Assembly: GCA_964522205.1 (NCBI GenBank)
Contig: CAZFTG010000004.1
Location: 8,820-72,819 of the forward strand
Direction of reading: 5' to 3'
DNA length: 64,000 bases
From: an uncultured Thermoproteales archaeon
Lineage (GTDB): Archaea; Thermoproteota; Thermoprotei; Thermofilales; B20-G17
The translations under genes and the position numbers were made by a program. The notes below the pieces were generated by a model. That model was given only the letters and a program-made list of their open reading frames with translations, was not told the DNA's origin and made no database searches. Below are positions 55,002-64,000 of the stretch, piece after piece. Positions within the stretch are counted from its first letter, which is position 1. Each line of letters starts with the position of its first letter.

Positions 55002-56057
55002 TTATCTAACCACCTTAGCCAGTTTAGTAGGCTTATCAGGGTTGTACCCTCTCAGTATAGAGGTAAAGTAGGAGAATAGTTGGACTGCTTTTACTGTTAG
55101 TAGTGCCGAGAGATCCTCAAATACACTTGGTATCCTTATGATATTATCCGTGAAATCTATATTTAGATGCTCAGAGACTATCGATATTAAGGGTGCTTTA
55201 TACTCTCTTAATCTATCTACCACCTTTTTCGAGACTGTTAATGTTTCCTCAGATGGAAGTATTAGTAGGATAGGTGTTGTTTCATTTACTAACTGTATGG
55301 GTCCGTGAAGAAATTCTCTCAATGCAAAACCTTCGGCATGTACCATGGAGGTCTCCTTAAACTTTAAAGCAGCTTCTAGTGAGACTGGGTAGTTCACACC
55401 CCTTCCTAATATAAACATGTGCTCGGCTCTTCTATACTCGCCTGCTAACCTCTTTATATTCTCTTCCTCATCTAAAACCCTATCCATCTTCTCAGGGATT
55501 TTATAAAGTTCTCTTATGAGATCAATTCTCTTTACTAGCCTAAAAGCTAGTAAATAGCTGGTCGCTATTTGAACGTCATGTGTCTTAGTAGCCGCTACTG
55601 CTTTCTCTTCTCCTGCTCTAGTAACTATGGAAATGTTCGCTAGTTTGGTTAGAGTACTCCCAGGAGTATTAGTTATTCCCACTACAAATACTCCACTCTC
55701 TCTAGCCTTATTGATAGCTTTTATTATATCAGACGACTCCCCAGATTGAGAAAAGGCTATAACTGCATGTTTCTCTTTGATAGAGAGAGCCCATAGTTCA
55801 AATTCAGACGCAGGTACTGCAGTAAACTGGAGGCTAGTGTATCTAGAGAGTAAGTAGTTCAGGATTAGACTTGCATGAAAACTTGTTCCACTACCTATTA
55901 TGAAGCCCTTTTCGATTTCTCTCTCCTCAATTTCATCCACTAGTGTCTTGATCAATTCATCTATTTTCTCTAAAGTGCTTTTAACAGCTATAGGACCCTC
56001 TCTTAACTCCCTTAACATAAAGTGTTCTACGCTCATCTTAACATCCATTCTATACAC
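55002..56057 (-). CDS. SIS-domain sugar isomerase homologous to the GlmS isomerase half (no glutaminase domain)
   Basis: Two SIS repeats (GSGTSFHASL, SQSGESSDII, LGRGVNYPVSLEAALK) and a GlmS-like C-terminus, NPDKPTKLAKVV. Confidence 0.8.
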   Translation of the reverse strand: MYRMDVKMSVEHFMLRELREGPIAVKSTLEKIDELIKTLVDEIEEREIEKGFIIGSGTSFHASLILNYLLSRYTSLQFTAVPASEFELWALSIKEKHAVIAFSQSGESSDIIKAINKARESGVFVVGITNTPGSTLTKLANISIVTRAGEEKAVAATKTHDVQIATSYLLAFRLVKRIDLIRELYKIPEKMDRVLDEEENIKRLAGEYRRAEHMFILGRGVNYPVSLEAALKFKETSMVHAEGFALREFLHGPIQLVNETTPILLILPSEETLTVSKKVVDRLREYKAPLISIVSEHLNIDFTDNIIRIPSVFEDLSALLTVKAVQLFSYFTSILRGYNPDKPTKLAKVVR

Positions 56058-56132
56058 CTATGGTAGATTTAAAATAATTCTTATGGGTTTAAGGTATATT
56101 TAAAATAGGACTATAAGGACTGGCTATTCAAT

Positions 56133-57470
56133 TTACGGTAGTTTAAATCTCTTCTTTTTAACACCAGCTTGTTTCCTGTCCTCCATAGTCATCTCGTACA
56201 CTTTTCTAATGACTTCAATCTCTTCCCTAGTAAGCGTTAATCCTCTTCTAGACATCATTCTTCGCTGTGTTTCTATAGCAGACTCTAGAATTAACTCCAC
56301 AGGTTCTACGCCAAGACTCTTTGCATATATTGTGAAGGATGGTACATCTTCATACACTATGCCATGAAGGTGAGAGGATACTCCTATATTCTTTCCAGTA
56401 TATATCTGCACCCCTATGGATGTTTTAACCATGTCGCCTATGAAGCATCCTACCTTAAGTATTCCAGTATCTATTCTCCTACCTCTTATGGTAACTCTGA
56501 CAGTACCATAAGTATCTTTTAGATCAGAGTTATTAGTAGCAGCTCCTATATTAACCCACTCCCCTATGTACGAATGCCCTATGAACCCTAGGTGGTATTT
56601 GTTAGTGTACCCCAGTACTATAGTCTCTTCTAACTCTCCTCCAGCTCTACACACATCTCCTAAGTTACTCCCCTCCCTAATCTGTGCACCTCCCACCACT
56701 ATGCTCTTCTGCCCTATGTACGTGGGTCCTTCTATTCTAGCCCCTGCTTGAATTCTCGTGTCCTTTCCTACATATATAGGTCCTGATTTCGTGTTGAAGA
56801 CCACATAGGGCTCTACTTCTACTCCCTCATCTAAGTATACTAGTCTTTCTTCACCCAATATAGCTACTCTCTCATCTACATATTTTGCTCTCCATTCCTT
56901 TCCTACATACCTCTCCTCGAGATCCTCCCTTATCAGATCGGCATTCATGTTGACCATATCCCATAGATATTCTGGCATCGCTATGCTCTTTCTAGGTATC
57001 TCTACGTGATTTACAATAATCTTCTTGAGCTCTTTAACCTTCTTTTCATCCAAAGGTTTAAGCAGGAAATTCTCTATCTTTCGAGCAACACTCTCTGTAG
57101 TCTTTATGAGTACGATATCTCCCCCAGAGAGGACTATTATGTTATCCTTCTCTATAAACTTCTTTAGGTTTTCTCTAGTCTTTTTATTAAGCACAAGCCT
57201 TCCATTTATCAGTATAGTTTCTGAGTCCAGTTCCCCCTCTTTATTTATTAGATATTCCTCTTCTTCACTACCGTACTTTAAATTATAGAGATCTTTTAGG
57301 TATTCTCGCATATATACACACACTACATCGTGTTCGAAACTCTTCACTATTCTCTCCCTATTAGTTTTAATACCTACTCTTAGATCGTAAATAGGCCTTA
57401 GGAGAGTGAGAGGGTAGAAGTTACGTATCTTATGATCTTCAAATATTCCAACCATCATAGAGATCATCAC
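56133..57470 (-). CDS. Sugar nucleotidyltransferase-like N-domain (NTP_transf_4-type) plus left-handed beta-helix acyltransferase domain
   Basis: N-terminal IFEDHKIRNFYPLTLLRPIYDLRVG. The C-terminal half contains hexapeptide-like repeats (IGEWVNIGAATN, VGCFIGDMVKTSIGV). Confidence 0.65.
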   Translation of the reverse strand: MMISMMVGIFEDHKIRNFYPLTLLRPIYDLRVGIKTNRERIVKSFEHDVVCVYMREYLKDLYNLKYGSEEEEYLINKEGELDSETILINGRLVLNKKTRENLKKFIEKDNIIVLSGGDIVLIKTTESVARKIENFLLKPLDEKKVKELKKIIVNHVEIPRKSIAMPEYLWDMVNMNADLIREDLEERYVGKEWRAKYVDERVAILGEERLVYLDEGVEVEPYVVFNTKSGPIYVGKDTRIQAGARIEGPTYIGQKSIVVGGAQIREGSNLGDVCRAGGELEETIVLGYTNKYHLGFIGHSYIGEWVNIGAATNNSDLKDTYGTVRVTIRGRRIDTGILKVGCFIGDMVKTSIGVQIYTGKNIGVSSHLHGIVYEDVPSFTIYAKSLGVEPVELILESAIETQRRMMSRRGLTLTREEIEVIRKVYEMTMEDRKQAGVKKKRFKLP

Positions 57471-57551
57471 TTTTTCAGTACTATGTGAAAATAAATAACT
57501 ATGCTCTTCCTCTAAAAGAGTAATATATAGATCCTATAAGAACTTTCCATC

Positions 57552-60248
57552 TTATGCTCGAGTCACTACAGAGAATGCTCCACTCCTTTGAACTCGATAG
57601 ACTATATCAGCAACATCTTCGAGCTCTCTATCGTGTGTTACTACTATTAGCTGAGATAAGCCTCTATGCTTAACTCCTCTTCGGATCATTTTGGTCAATT
57701 GTCTCCGCCTAACTTCATCGAGATGTACTGTGGGCTCATCCATCATCATAAAACTTAAAGCTCCTCCAGCAAGAGCCCTAGCTATAGCCATTCTCAGGGC
57801 GAGTGAGAGGGCTATTCTCTCTCCACCACTGATAGCGCTTATGGGGTATACTCCACCCTGACCTATTAGATATATATTGAAATCTTCATCTAATTTTACA
57901 TCATAGTAGTCTAGTCCAAAGCAGTCGAAATATTCTTTAGTATACCTCTCTATGATGGGTTTTGCTATATTCCTTATATCCCTCTGAAGTTGATCTTTAG
58001 AATAGAGGGCTCTTATCTCTTTGAGCACTTCCACGAGTTTAGTGAGTTTCATGTACTTGTGTTCTAATTCCTTAATATCCCTCCATTCTTTCTCTAGCTC
58101 TTCTATCTCACTCTTCACACTATCTATTTTAGATTTCACCGAACCTACCTTCGCTATAAGATCTTTAATCTTCTCCTCTAATAGTCTCATGTTCTCAATC
58201 ATTTTATTATGTTTATCTTCATCATAATCTAAGATTTCGAGTTTTTTCATCAATTCTTTTTCTTCTTCTAATAACTTTGACTTTAGATTCTTTTTCTCTT
58301 CAATAAGTTTTTTAAATAGATCTAAATTAGCAACTGTTTTGTTTAATTTTTCATATTCTTCTTTTAAAGTAGTTAGTTCACTGATTCTAGCGTCTATGGA
58401 TGAAGGATCTATATGATACTCGGTCTCCAGGTATTCTAGTCTATTATTTACTTTGTATTCTTCATGTTCGAGTTCCTTTATTTTATCTACTAAGTCCACA
58501 GGATCTGCTATAGTTCCAAGCTTCTTCATGAGAATATTGTATTCATACCGTGCAGCTTCTACTTCTTTTAATATGGAGGATAGCTCCGTATATGTATATT
58601 TCCATTTATCTAATCCTCTTACCAAGTTCTCTATTCCAGATAGCTCCTCCAGTAAGTCCTTCCTTTTACCTTCTAGATCTAGTATTTCCTCAAGCATTTT
58701 ACTTATAGTGTCAATTGATACGGAGAGGATATTCTTACTTTCCTCCCTTACTTTCTCTAAACGACTTTCCATCTTCCTCAATTCCTTCTCTATTCGAGCT
58801 CGTGAGGACATTGCATTCTTTCTCTCAGACTCCAGTTTTTGTATTATCTCATCGATTCTATCCTCTATATTGGAACTGCATACGGGACATTTCTTAGAAG
58901 ATAGAATGCCGTGTTTTATTTGTTCTACGTACTCTGCCTTGTATTCTAGCATTCCCATTAGTTTAGTAAGTCTACTAATAGTGTTAGATAACTTGTACTC
59001 CTCTTCGCTCAACATTTTAAGTAGGTCTTCATACTTAGTGCGTATTGTTTCAAGATCTGTTTCTTTCCCTATTCCAATTCTATTTAACAGTTGTCTCAAT
59101 TGCTCTCTCTTACTCTTTAAAAAGTACTCATATTCTTTGAGAGTCTCTTTAATGGTAAGGATTTTTCCTTTTAACATTTCACTTTCCTTAACCTTTGATT
59201 CTATGAAGGATAGCTTTTCTTCGGAGATAGGATACCTATTTAATATTAATTCTAACTCGTGAAGGCGGTGAAGCATCTTCCCATATTCATCTAATCTCGT
59301 CCGAAAGACCTCTAGTTGTTCTTTTATCATTTTCCTCCTTTCTAAAAGCCCCTTGTACTCATTTAATACTTCTAGTACTTCAAGTCTTTCCTTTATCTCT
59401 TGTATCTTTTCTTTAGCTTCTAGAATTGCCTTATATTCCTCTTCATATTTTTCTAATTCTTTTTCAAGCAAGGCCTTTTTCTTGGATATTTCTTCTAACC
59501 TTACTTTAATATCTATGAAAATACTCTTTTTCTTATCATACTTATCCACTATCCTTTTAATATCCTCTAGTTTATTCTCATGAAGTTTTAATTCTCTTTC
59601 AACTTGTATTAATTCTTCTATAAGTCTCTTTAAGTGTTTCTTTTTATTTTCCAATTTATCCTTTATTTCATCCTTTTTCTTTAACCTATCCTCTATTCCC
59701 CTCAACCTCTCCTCGTACACCTTTATTATACTTAACATCTCCCTCCATGCCTTCTCTAAATCGTGTATTCTTAGGAGCTTGGATATCAGCTCCTTTCTCT
59801 CATGAGGACGCGCTGTCACTAGTCTCTCTATCTCTCCCTGTCTTATGTAAATAGTACTGGAGAAAATGTTTCTATCTACCGCGATTATTCTCTCTATCTC
59901 TCTATCTATTTCTCTCTCTCCAAACATCCTTAACTTTCCATCTACGTATAGTCTTGATGTAACACCTACTCTTTTACCAGTTTTAGTTATCTTTCTGTTA
60001 AGTCTATACTGTTTATTACCATGAATAAACTCGAGTTCTACTTCAGCTACATTAGATCCTCTATGGAGGATGTTCTCATAGGTCTTTCCTCTACTAGTAT
60101 CCTTGAATAGCGCAAAACTTATAGCATCTAATATACTAGTTTTTCCTGCCCCATTAGGTCCTATGATAGCTACTACTCCAAGTGGAAATTCTATTTTAGA
60201 GTCTCTGTGGGATATGAAGTTCTTAAGCCTTATACTCTTCAAAATCAT
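57552..60248 (-). CDS. rad50: DNA double-strand-break repair ATPase Rad50
   Basis: Walker A GPNGAGKTS, long coiled coils, the zinc hook KKCPVCSS, signature SGGERIALSLALR and Walker B MMMDEP. The start is at Met21 of the track ORF. Confidence 0.9.
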   Translation of the reverse strand: MILKSIRLKNFISHRDSKIEFPLGVVAIIGPNGAGKTSILDAISFALFKDTSRGKTYENILHRGSNVAEVELEFIHGNKQYRLNRKITKTGKRVGVTSRLYVDGKLRMFGEREIDREIERIIAVDRNIFSSTIYIRQGEIERLVTARPHERKELISKLLRIHDLEKAWREMLSIIKVYEERLRGIEDRLKKKDEIKDKLENKKKHLKRLIEELIQVERELKLHENKLEDIKRIVDKYDKKKSIFIDIKVRLEEISKKKALLEKELEKYEEEYKAILEAKEKIQEIKERLEVLEVLNEYKGLLERRKMIKEQLEVFRTRLDEYGKMLHRLHELELILNRYPISEEKLSFIESKVKESEMLKGKILTIKETLKEYEYFLKSKREQLRQLLNRIGIGKETDLETIRTKYEDLLKMLSEEEYKLSNTISRLTKLMGMLEYKAEYVEQIKHGILSSKKCPVCSSNIEDRIDEIIQKLESERKNAMSSRARIEKELRKMESRLEKVREESKNILSVSIDTISKMLEEILDLEGKRKDLLEELSGIENLVRGLDKWKYTYTELSSILKEVEAARYEYNILMKKLGTIADPVDLVDKIKELEHEEYKVNNRLEYLETEYHIDPSSIDARISELTTLKEEYEKLNKTVANLDLFKKLIEEKKNLKSKLLEEEKELMKKLEILDYDEDKHNKMIENMRLLEEKIKDLIAKVGSVKSKIDSVKSEIEELEKEWRDIKELEHKYMKLTKLVEVLKEIRALYSKDQLQRDIRNIAKPIIERYTKEYFDCFGLDYYDVKLDEDFNIYLIGQGGVYPISAISGGERIALSLALRMAIARALAGGALSFMMMDEPTVHLDEVRRRQLTKMIRRGVKHRGLSQLIVVTHDRELEDVADIVYRVQRSGAFSVVTRA

Positions 60249-61381
60249 TAAGCCTCGCCTTCTAGAGCCTTCTCTATCAACTTGTGTGCGGCTTCTATCT
60301 CGCCACAACTGAGTAGATTGAAAAGTGTGTAGGCTAGTTCTGTCTTTTTCTTGTCTTTTAACCTTTTGTACATTAGCTCTTTTATGTTTATGGTCTCCGT
60401 ACGGATCTCTTGGTGTTCTACTTCCTTTGGTAGGGTCTCGATTCTCACCGTAAGCAGGAGATCAGAGAGCCTTTCTACAAGTACTCGTCGTAGTTGCTGC
60501 CAGTCCATATCCCCTATGATTCTAGAGTGAAGTATTGGCTTTTTTCTACTACTATTATACAACTTAGTCGCTTCATCTTTGATATTCTCTATTTTTCTTA
60601 TAAATTCGGTAATTGAGCTTACTTCAATCTCTTTTATGAGGTGAGGTCTAATACAATCTATATCAATTTTTTGTACTTCTGGTATATCCGAGCTGAGATC
60701 TACTAGGAAAGCACCCTTACCATTCCTGAGGTAATCCTCGTACTCATCCCTGCTAAATACTTCGGTAGAGCCTGAGTAGGCCATCTTTCCGATACCATAA
60801 TCCATTACCAGTCTCTTGTGTATGTGTCCTAGTGCATAATAGTGGAAGTTTTCGGGAATATCATTTAATACCAATTCATGTTCAAACTTAAGGAATTGCT
60901 CTATACCTTGATGGAGTAGTAGTATTCTTCTATTGTAACTCTCTGCCTTTTTAGAGAGTTCTCTTAGTTTCCCTAGTAGAACTTCTCTAAATACCTTGGG
61001 AATATATTCAAGACCACCTATGAAAACATCACCTATTACTACATAAGGTCTACTGCTTCTCAATACTATAGCTCCCAGTTCTTCAAGTATTGCATGGGGT
61101 GGAATACCCTTTCGCTTAGGCATATCATGACTCCCTGGTATCAGTACAACTTTTATACCGCGCTCCAAAACCTTCTTAATAATCCTAGCGGCTTCTAAGA
61201 GTGCTCGTGGAGTGGGTCTAGAAGAATCGAAAAGATCACCAGAGTGCAGTATTAGGTCTGGATGTTCTGTCATGGCATTTTCTATTACTCTATGAAATGC
61301 CTCGTAAAAGTCCTGTTCTCTCTCTTCTAGATTGTACTGTCTATAACCTAGGTGTGTATCCGATACGTGTACTAATAACAT
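60248..61381 (-). CDS. mre11: DNA repair nuclease Mre11
   Basis: Phosphoesterase motifs VSDTHLG, HSGDLFD, GSHD and GHIH. Confidence 0.9.
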   Translation of the reverse strand: MLLVHVSDTHLGYRQYNLEEREQDFYEAFHRVIENAMTEHPDLILHSGDLFDSSRPTPRALLEAARIIKKVLERGIKVVLIPGSHDMPKRKGIPPHAILEELGAIVLRSSRPYVVIGDVFIGGLEYIPKVFREVLLGKLRELSKKAESYNRRILLLHQGIEQFLKFEHELVLNDIPENFHYYALGHIHKRLVMDYGIGKMAYSGSTEVFSRDEYEDYLRNGKGAFLVDLSSDIPEVQKIDIDCIRPHLIKEIEVSSITEFIRKIENIKDEATKLYNSSRKKPILHSRIIGDMDWQQLRRVLVERLSDLLLTVRIETLPKEVEHQEIRTETINIKELMYKRLKDKKKTELAYTLFNLLSCGEIEAAHKLIEKALEGEA

Positions 61382-61382
61382 A

Positions 61383-62879
61383 CTACCACTCTTCGGTAAT
61401 TTCCTCGTATTCCTCTCTTAATACTCCTTCTCTATTCATGGCCTTATACCATTCTGAAACCACATCTATATCTCCTCCTGAGATCTTTCCTTTAAATAGA
61501 TCTACCTTTACTATAGCTGGAACTTTTACCATAAGTCCTAGGATCACTGCCTCACCTATATTGAGTGCGGGGAGTTGCTCTACAAGATCCTCGCTTAGGG
61601 TCTCACTAGCCTGCTGTACATACCTCTGATCACTAGGCTCTACTAATCTCAATACTATTAGGTTATTTGCTTGAGAAAGAGTATCTGAGTCTAGTGCTTT
61701 AGGTCTCTGGCTGACTAGGCATAGACCTAGGCCGAATTTTCTTCCCTCTCTAGCTATCCTACTTATCCAGTACTTTGAAAGAGTCTCTCTATCGCGTGGT
61801 GCAAGTATGTGCGCCTCTTCTAAGACCATAAAGATGGGAAAGTTTAATCCTCTACCCTCAGTTTTGTATCTCTTCCTTCCGAAGAGAATAGTCCTTAGAT
61901 AGTGACTTACTATTACATCTGCCGCCTCTTCATCTAGGGATCCTAGATCTAACACATTTACCCTACTAAGCTTTAACTGGTAGGTTACAGGTGGTGCTAG
62001 TGGATCAAGTATCTCTCCATAGTGCTCTTTTAGCGAGTCGAGTTTATTTATTATGGATAGGATGCTGTGCCTATCTCTTTTATAGTCTTCTATATCTAGA
62101 AATCCTCTTAATTCCTCCTCTAGCATCTCTAGAATCTTAGTGGAAAGAGAGGGGTTTTTAATTACATCACTTTTCACTTTTGAATGTGCTTTTCTGAAGT
62201 AGTACTCTTGCTTATATGCCTCACTACCTATTCTCATGAGCTTCATAAGTTCTGTAACGTGTAGATTTAGAGGATTTATCCTAGGGAGTAGTAGATTGAC
62301 TCCTCCAGTAAAGTTGGCATCTACGTATTCAGAGTGCATGTCGAAGATTAGCACTGCTCCTCCTAGTCTAGTTATACCATCAGCTATGACTGCAACTGTG
62401 TTCGACTTACCAGCTCCTGTTATAGCTAATATTGCTAGGTGTCTCGTTACCATCTTGTTAACGTCTAGGTAAACGGGTACCTCTGGGTTCGATATGAGTA
62501 CTCCTATCCTTATCCCCTTATCTGTAGGATTAAATATCTTCTTTAGTACGTCTGTACTAGCTCTCTCTACAGCGGTCGCTGGAGGTGGAGGTGTTCTAGG
62601 TATTCTAAGATGTTCTATATCTCCTAATATACGTATTCTACCACGGATATAGTGGTCCTTTGTACCCTCCAGTTTACTTATCTTCTCAACTATCCTAGTA
62701 TCATTTATCTCATCTCCAAGTGATATACTTCCCCTAACTAGGTTTTCCACCATTCCAAGTACTACTTTGTTATCATATTTCAATAGAACGTACTCACCGA
62801 CCTTAGGAATAGTCTTAGATATGAATAGGGCTCTAGTAGTTGTAGCCTCTCCTATTATGTAACCTATTATCTCAGACAT
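61383..62879 (-). CDS. herA: HerA bipolar DNA helicase (FtsK/HerA ATPase)
   Basis: Walker A AITGAGKSN and Walker B FMVLEEAH, with an N-terminal HAS-barrel-like region. Confidence 0.85.
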   Translation of the reverse strand: MSEIIGYIIGEATTTRALFISKTIPKVGEYVLLKYDNKVVLGMVENLVRGSISLGDEINDTRIVEKISKLEGTKDHYIRGRIRILGDIEHLRIPRTPPPPATAVERASTDVLKKIFNPTDKGIRIGVLISNPEVPVYLDVNKMVTRHLAILAITGAGKSNTVAVIADGITRLGGAVLIFDMHSEYVDANFTGGVNLLLPRINPLNLHVTELMKLMRIGSEAYKQEYYFRKAHSKVKSDVIKNPSLSTKILEMLEEELRGFLDIEDYKRDRHSILSIINKLDSLKEHYGEILDPLAPPVTYQLKLSRVNVLDLGSLDEEAADVIVSHYLRTILFGRKRYKTEGRGLNFPIFMVLEEAHILAPRDRETLSKYWISRIAREGRKFGLGLCLVSQRPKALDSDTLSQANNLIVLRLVEPSDQRYVQQASETLSEDLVEQLPALNIGEAVILGLMVKVPAIVKVDLFKGKISGGDIDVVSEWYKAMNREGVLREEYEEITEEW

Positions 62880-62880
62880 C

Positions 62881-63954
62881 TCACCACCTCTCTCTTAAAG
62901 TCTGTCCTTCTATGCTCATAATTCTCCTTATTTTATCCATATCTAAGTTTGTTATTTCTACTTTTTTATGAACACTAATGAGGGGATAGGGATAGCCTTT
63001 TACCGATATGGGTTCTAAAATGTTAATAATGTGCTTAATCTCGTCTATATCCCTCTCGCCAGGTAACTCTAACCTATACACTCTCTCCCCCTCTTCGAGC
63101 CTAAAGTAGAGGACTGTTACTTGCATTTCAAATTCCTTACTGACATCTAATAGCATTATATCTCTGGAGGGAAATCTTATAGTATATATTTCAGGATTCG
63201 AGAAACCACATTTACGAGCTATGCTGTCAAAGACTACAAGGTCTGGCTTTATACTCTTTCTAAATACCCTTCTACTCACAGAGGTTTTAGCGATAGCCAC
63301 TATACTGTCTTTATATGTACTAATAAGTTCTATTAGCGTATAGTAGTACTCTAAGAATTCAAAAAGAGTTTCTAATGCCGTAATTATATCTACTTCTAAA
63401 TTTTCTTGAAAAAACTCATAAAATAACTCCTTACTATAAATATACTCTTTATTGTTATGAACATGAAGCTCCATACTACTCAGGTATCTACTAAGATACT
63501 TTTTAAGCATGGACTTAGGTATATTCCTCACTACATAAGGTAGCCTTTTAGAGAAGTGGCTCAGTATAGATCCATCCAATAATAGTATATCCGGGCTTTG
63601 GGTTTTTAGGGTTTTAATCGCTAACCTACTCTCGAGAATGTTCATGTACATTCTGATCCTCTCGATAGAGTACTCATGAGGATAAAGTAGGTCTATATCA
63701 TTGATCCATTTCTCAAAAACAGTCTTGTTAGTATAGGTTAGAGCTAATGAAGAGACTGCATAGAGTATAAATCCGCGGTACTCTATAAAGTTCATGCTAC
63801 CATCTATCGCCCCTATGGATTCTATATCCACTGAAGTGGGATTATATTCAATCCACCTCTTTAGAACCTCTCTTTCATCTACACTCATTAAATCCAGCTT
63901 ATATTCTATTTTATCTCTACTCTCTATAGCACGATAGATCAATTCAGGTAGCAC
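62881..63954 (-). CDS. nurA: NurA 5'-3' nuclease
   Basis: GAIDGS catalytic motif region. Assigned from size and its 1-nt spacing to herA in the DSB-repair operon. Confidence 0.7.
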   Translation of the reverse strand: MLPELIYRAIESRDKIEYKLDLMSVDEREVLKRWIEYNPTSVDIESIGAIDGSMNFIEYRGFILYAVSSLALTYTNKTVFEKWINDIDLLYPHEYSIERIRMYMNILESRLAIKTLKTQSPDILLLDGSILSHFSKRLPYVVRNIPKSMLKKYLSRYLSSMELHVHNNKEYIYSKELFYEFFQENLEVDIITALETLFEFLEYYYTLIELISTYKDSIVAIAKTSVSRRVFRKSIKPDLVVFDSIARKCGFSNPEIYTIRFPSRDIMLLDVSKEFEMQVTVLYFRLEEGERVYRLELPGERDIDEIKHIINILEPISVKGYPYPLISVHKKVEITNLDMDKIRRIMSIEGQTLRERW

Positions 63955-64000
63955 TGAAGCACCTCAGTCAAAAATCATGTTCGTAGAGTTATATCCTAAT

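Noticed and set aside
1-64000. Looked for CRISPR arrays, IS elements or transposases, integrases, toxin-antitoxin pairs, tRNA/rRNA genes and known defence systems.
   Set aside because: No regularly spaced direct repeats, terminal inverted repeats or recognisable mobile or defence proteins were seen. The only PIN-domain protein (5-409) is the conserved Fcf1-like housekeeping type next to spt4. HerA and NurA are in their canonical Mre11-Rad50 repair context.

Overview
This is a low-GC (about 36-38% by eye), gene-dense archaeal chromosome segment. The gene content points to Crenarchaeota/Thermoprotei, probably Desulfurococcales-like. Supporting features are the r-proteins S26e and S30e, Nop5/fibrillarin, the exosome superoperon, a nurA-herA-mre11-rad50 operon, leaderless genes about 27-30 nt from TATA boxes, and GGAGGTGAT-type Shine-Dalgarno sites inside operons. 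Nearly the whole window is core information-processing and housekeeping. It holds 13 ribosomal-protein genes, two of which (L39e, S30e) are too short for the ORF track. It also holds spt4/spt5, aIF6, prefoldin alpha and beta, ftsY, secE, gatD, trm1, trmY, Trm-G10, RNase Z, RNase P proteins, proteasome alpha, SBDS, two KEOPS Pcc1-like genes, GGPP synthase and isopentenyl phosphate kinase. I found no rRNA, tRNA, CRISPR array, transposase, integrase or recognisable defence island, and no convincing novel multi-gene system. The items most worth a second look are: (1) a canonical-looking C/D box sRNA in a convergent spacer at 52.5 kb; (2) a roughly 200-nt ORF-free segment of about 50% GC at 49.44-49.65 kb that I could not assign to any RNA family, next to a GC-elevated DUF1028 gene; (3) two conserved genes (rpl31e, NAPRT) whose conserved N-termini lie upstream of any in-frame ATG/GTG/TTG, each with an out-of-frame ATG mini-ORF on top; (4) a three-gene cluster (NTP_transf_4/LbH, SIS-only GlmS-like, alkaline-phosphatase-superfamily) that reads like a hexosamine nucleotide-sugar pathway with a non-orthologous mutase; (5) two apparent pseudoenzymes, a degenerate PP-loop protein and a degenerate pyridine-nucleotide-disulfide oxidoreductase. 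All functional calls come from reading the translated sequences and recalling family motifs. No searches were run.
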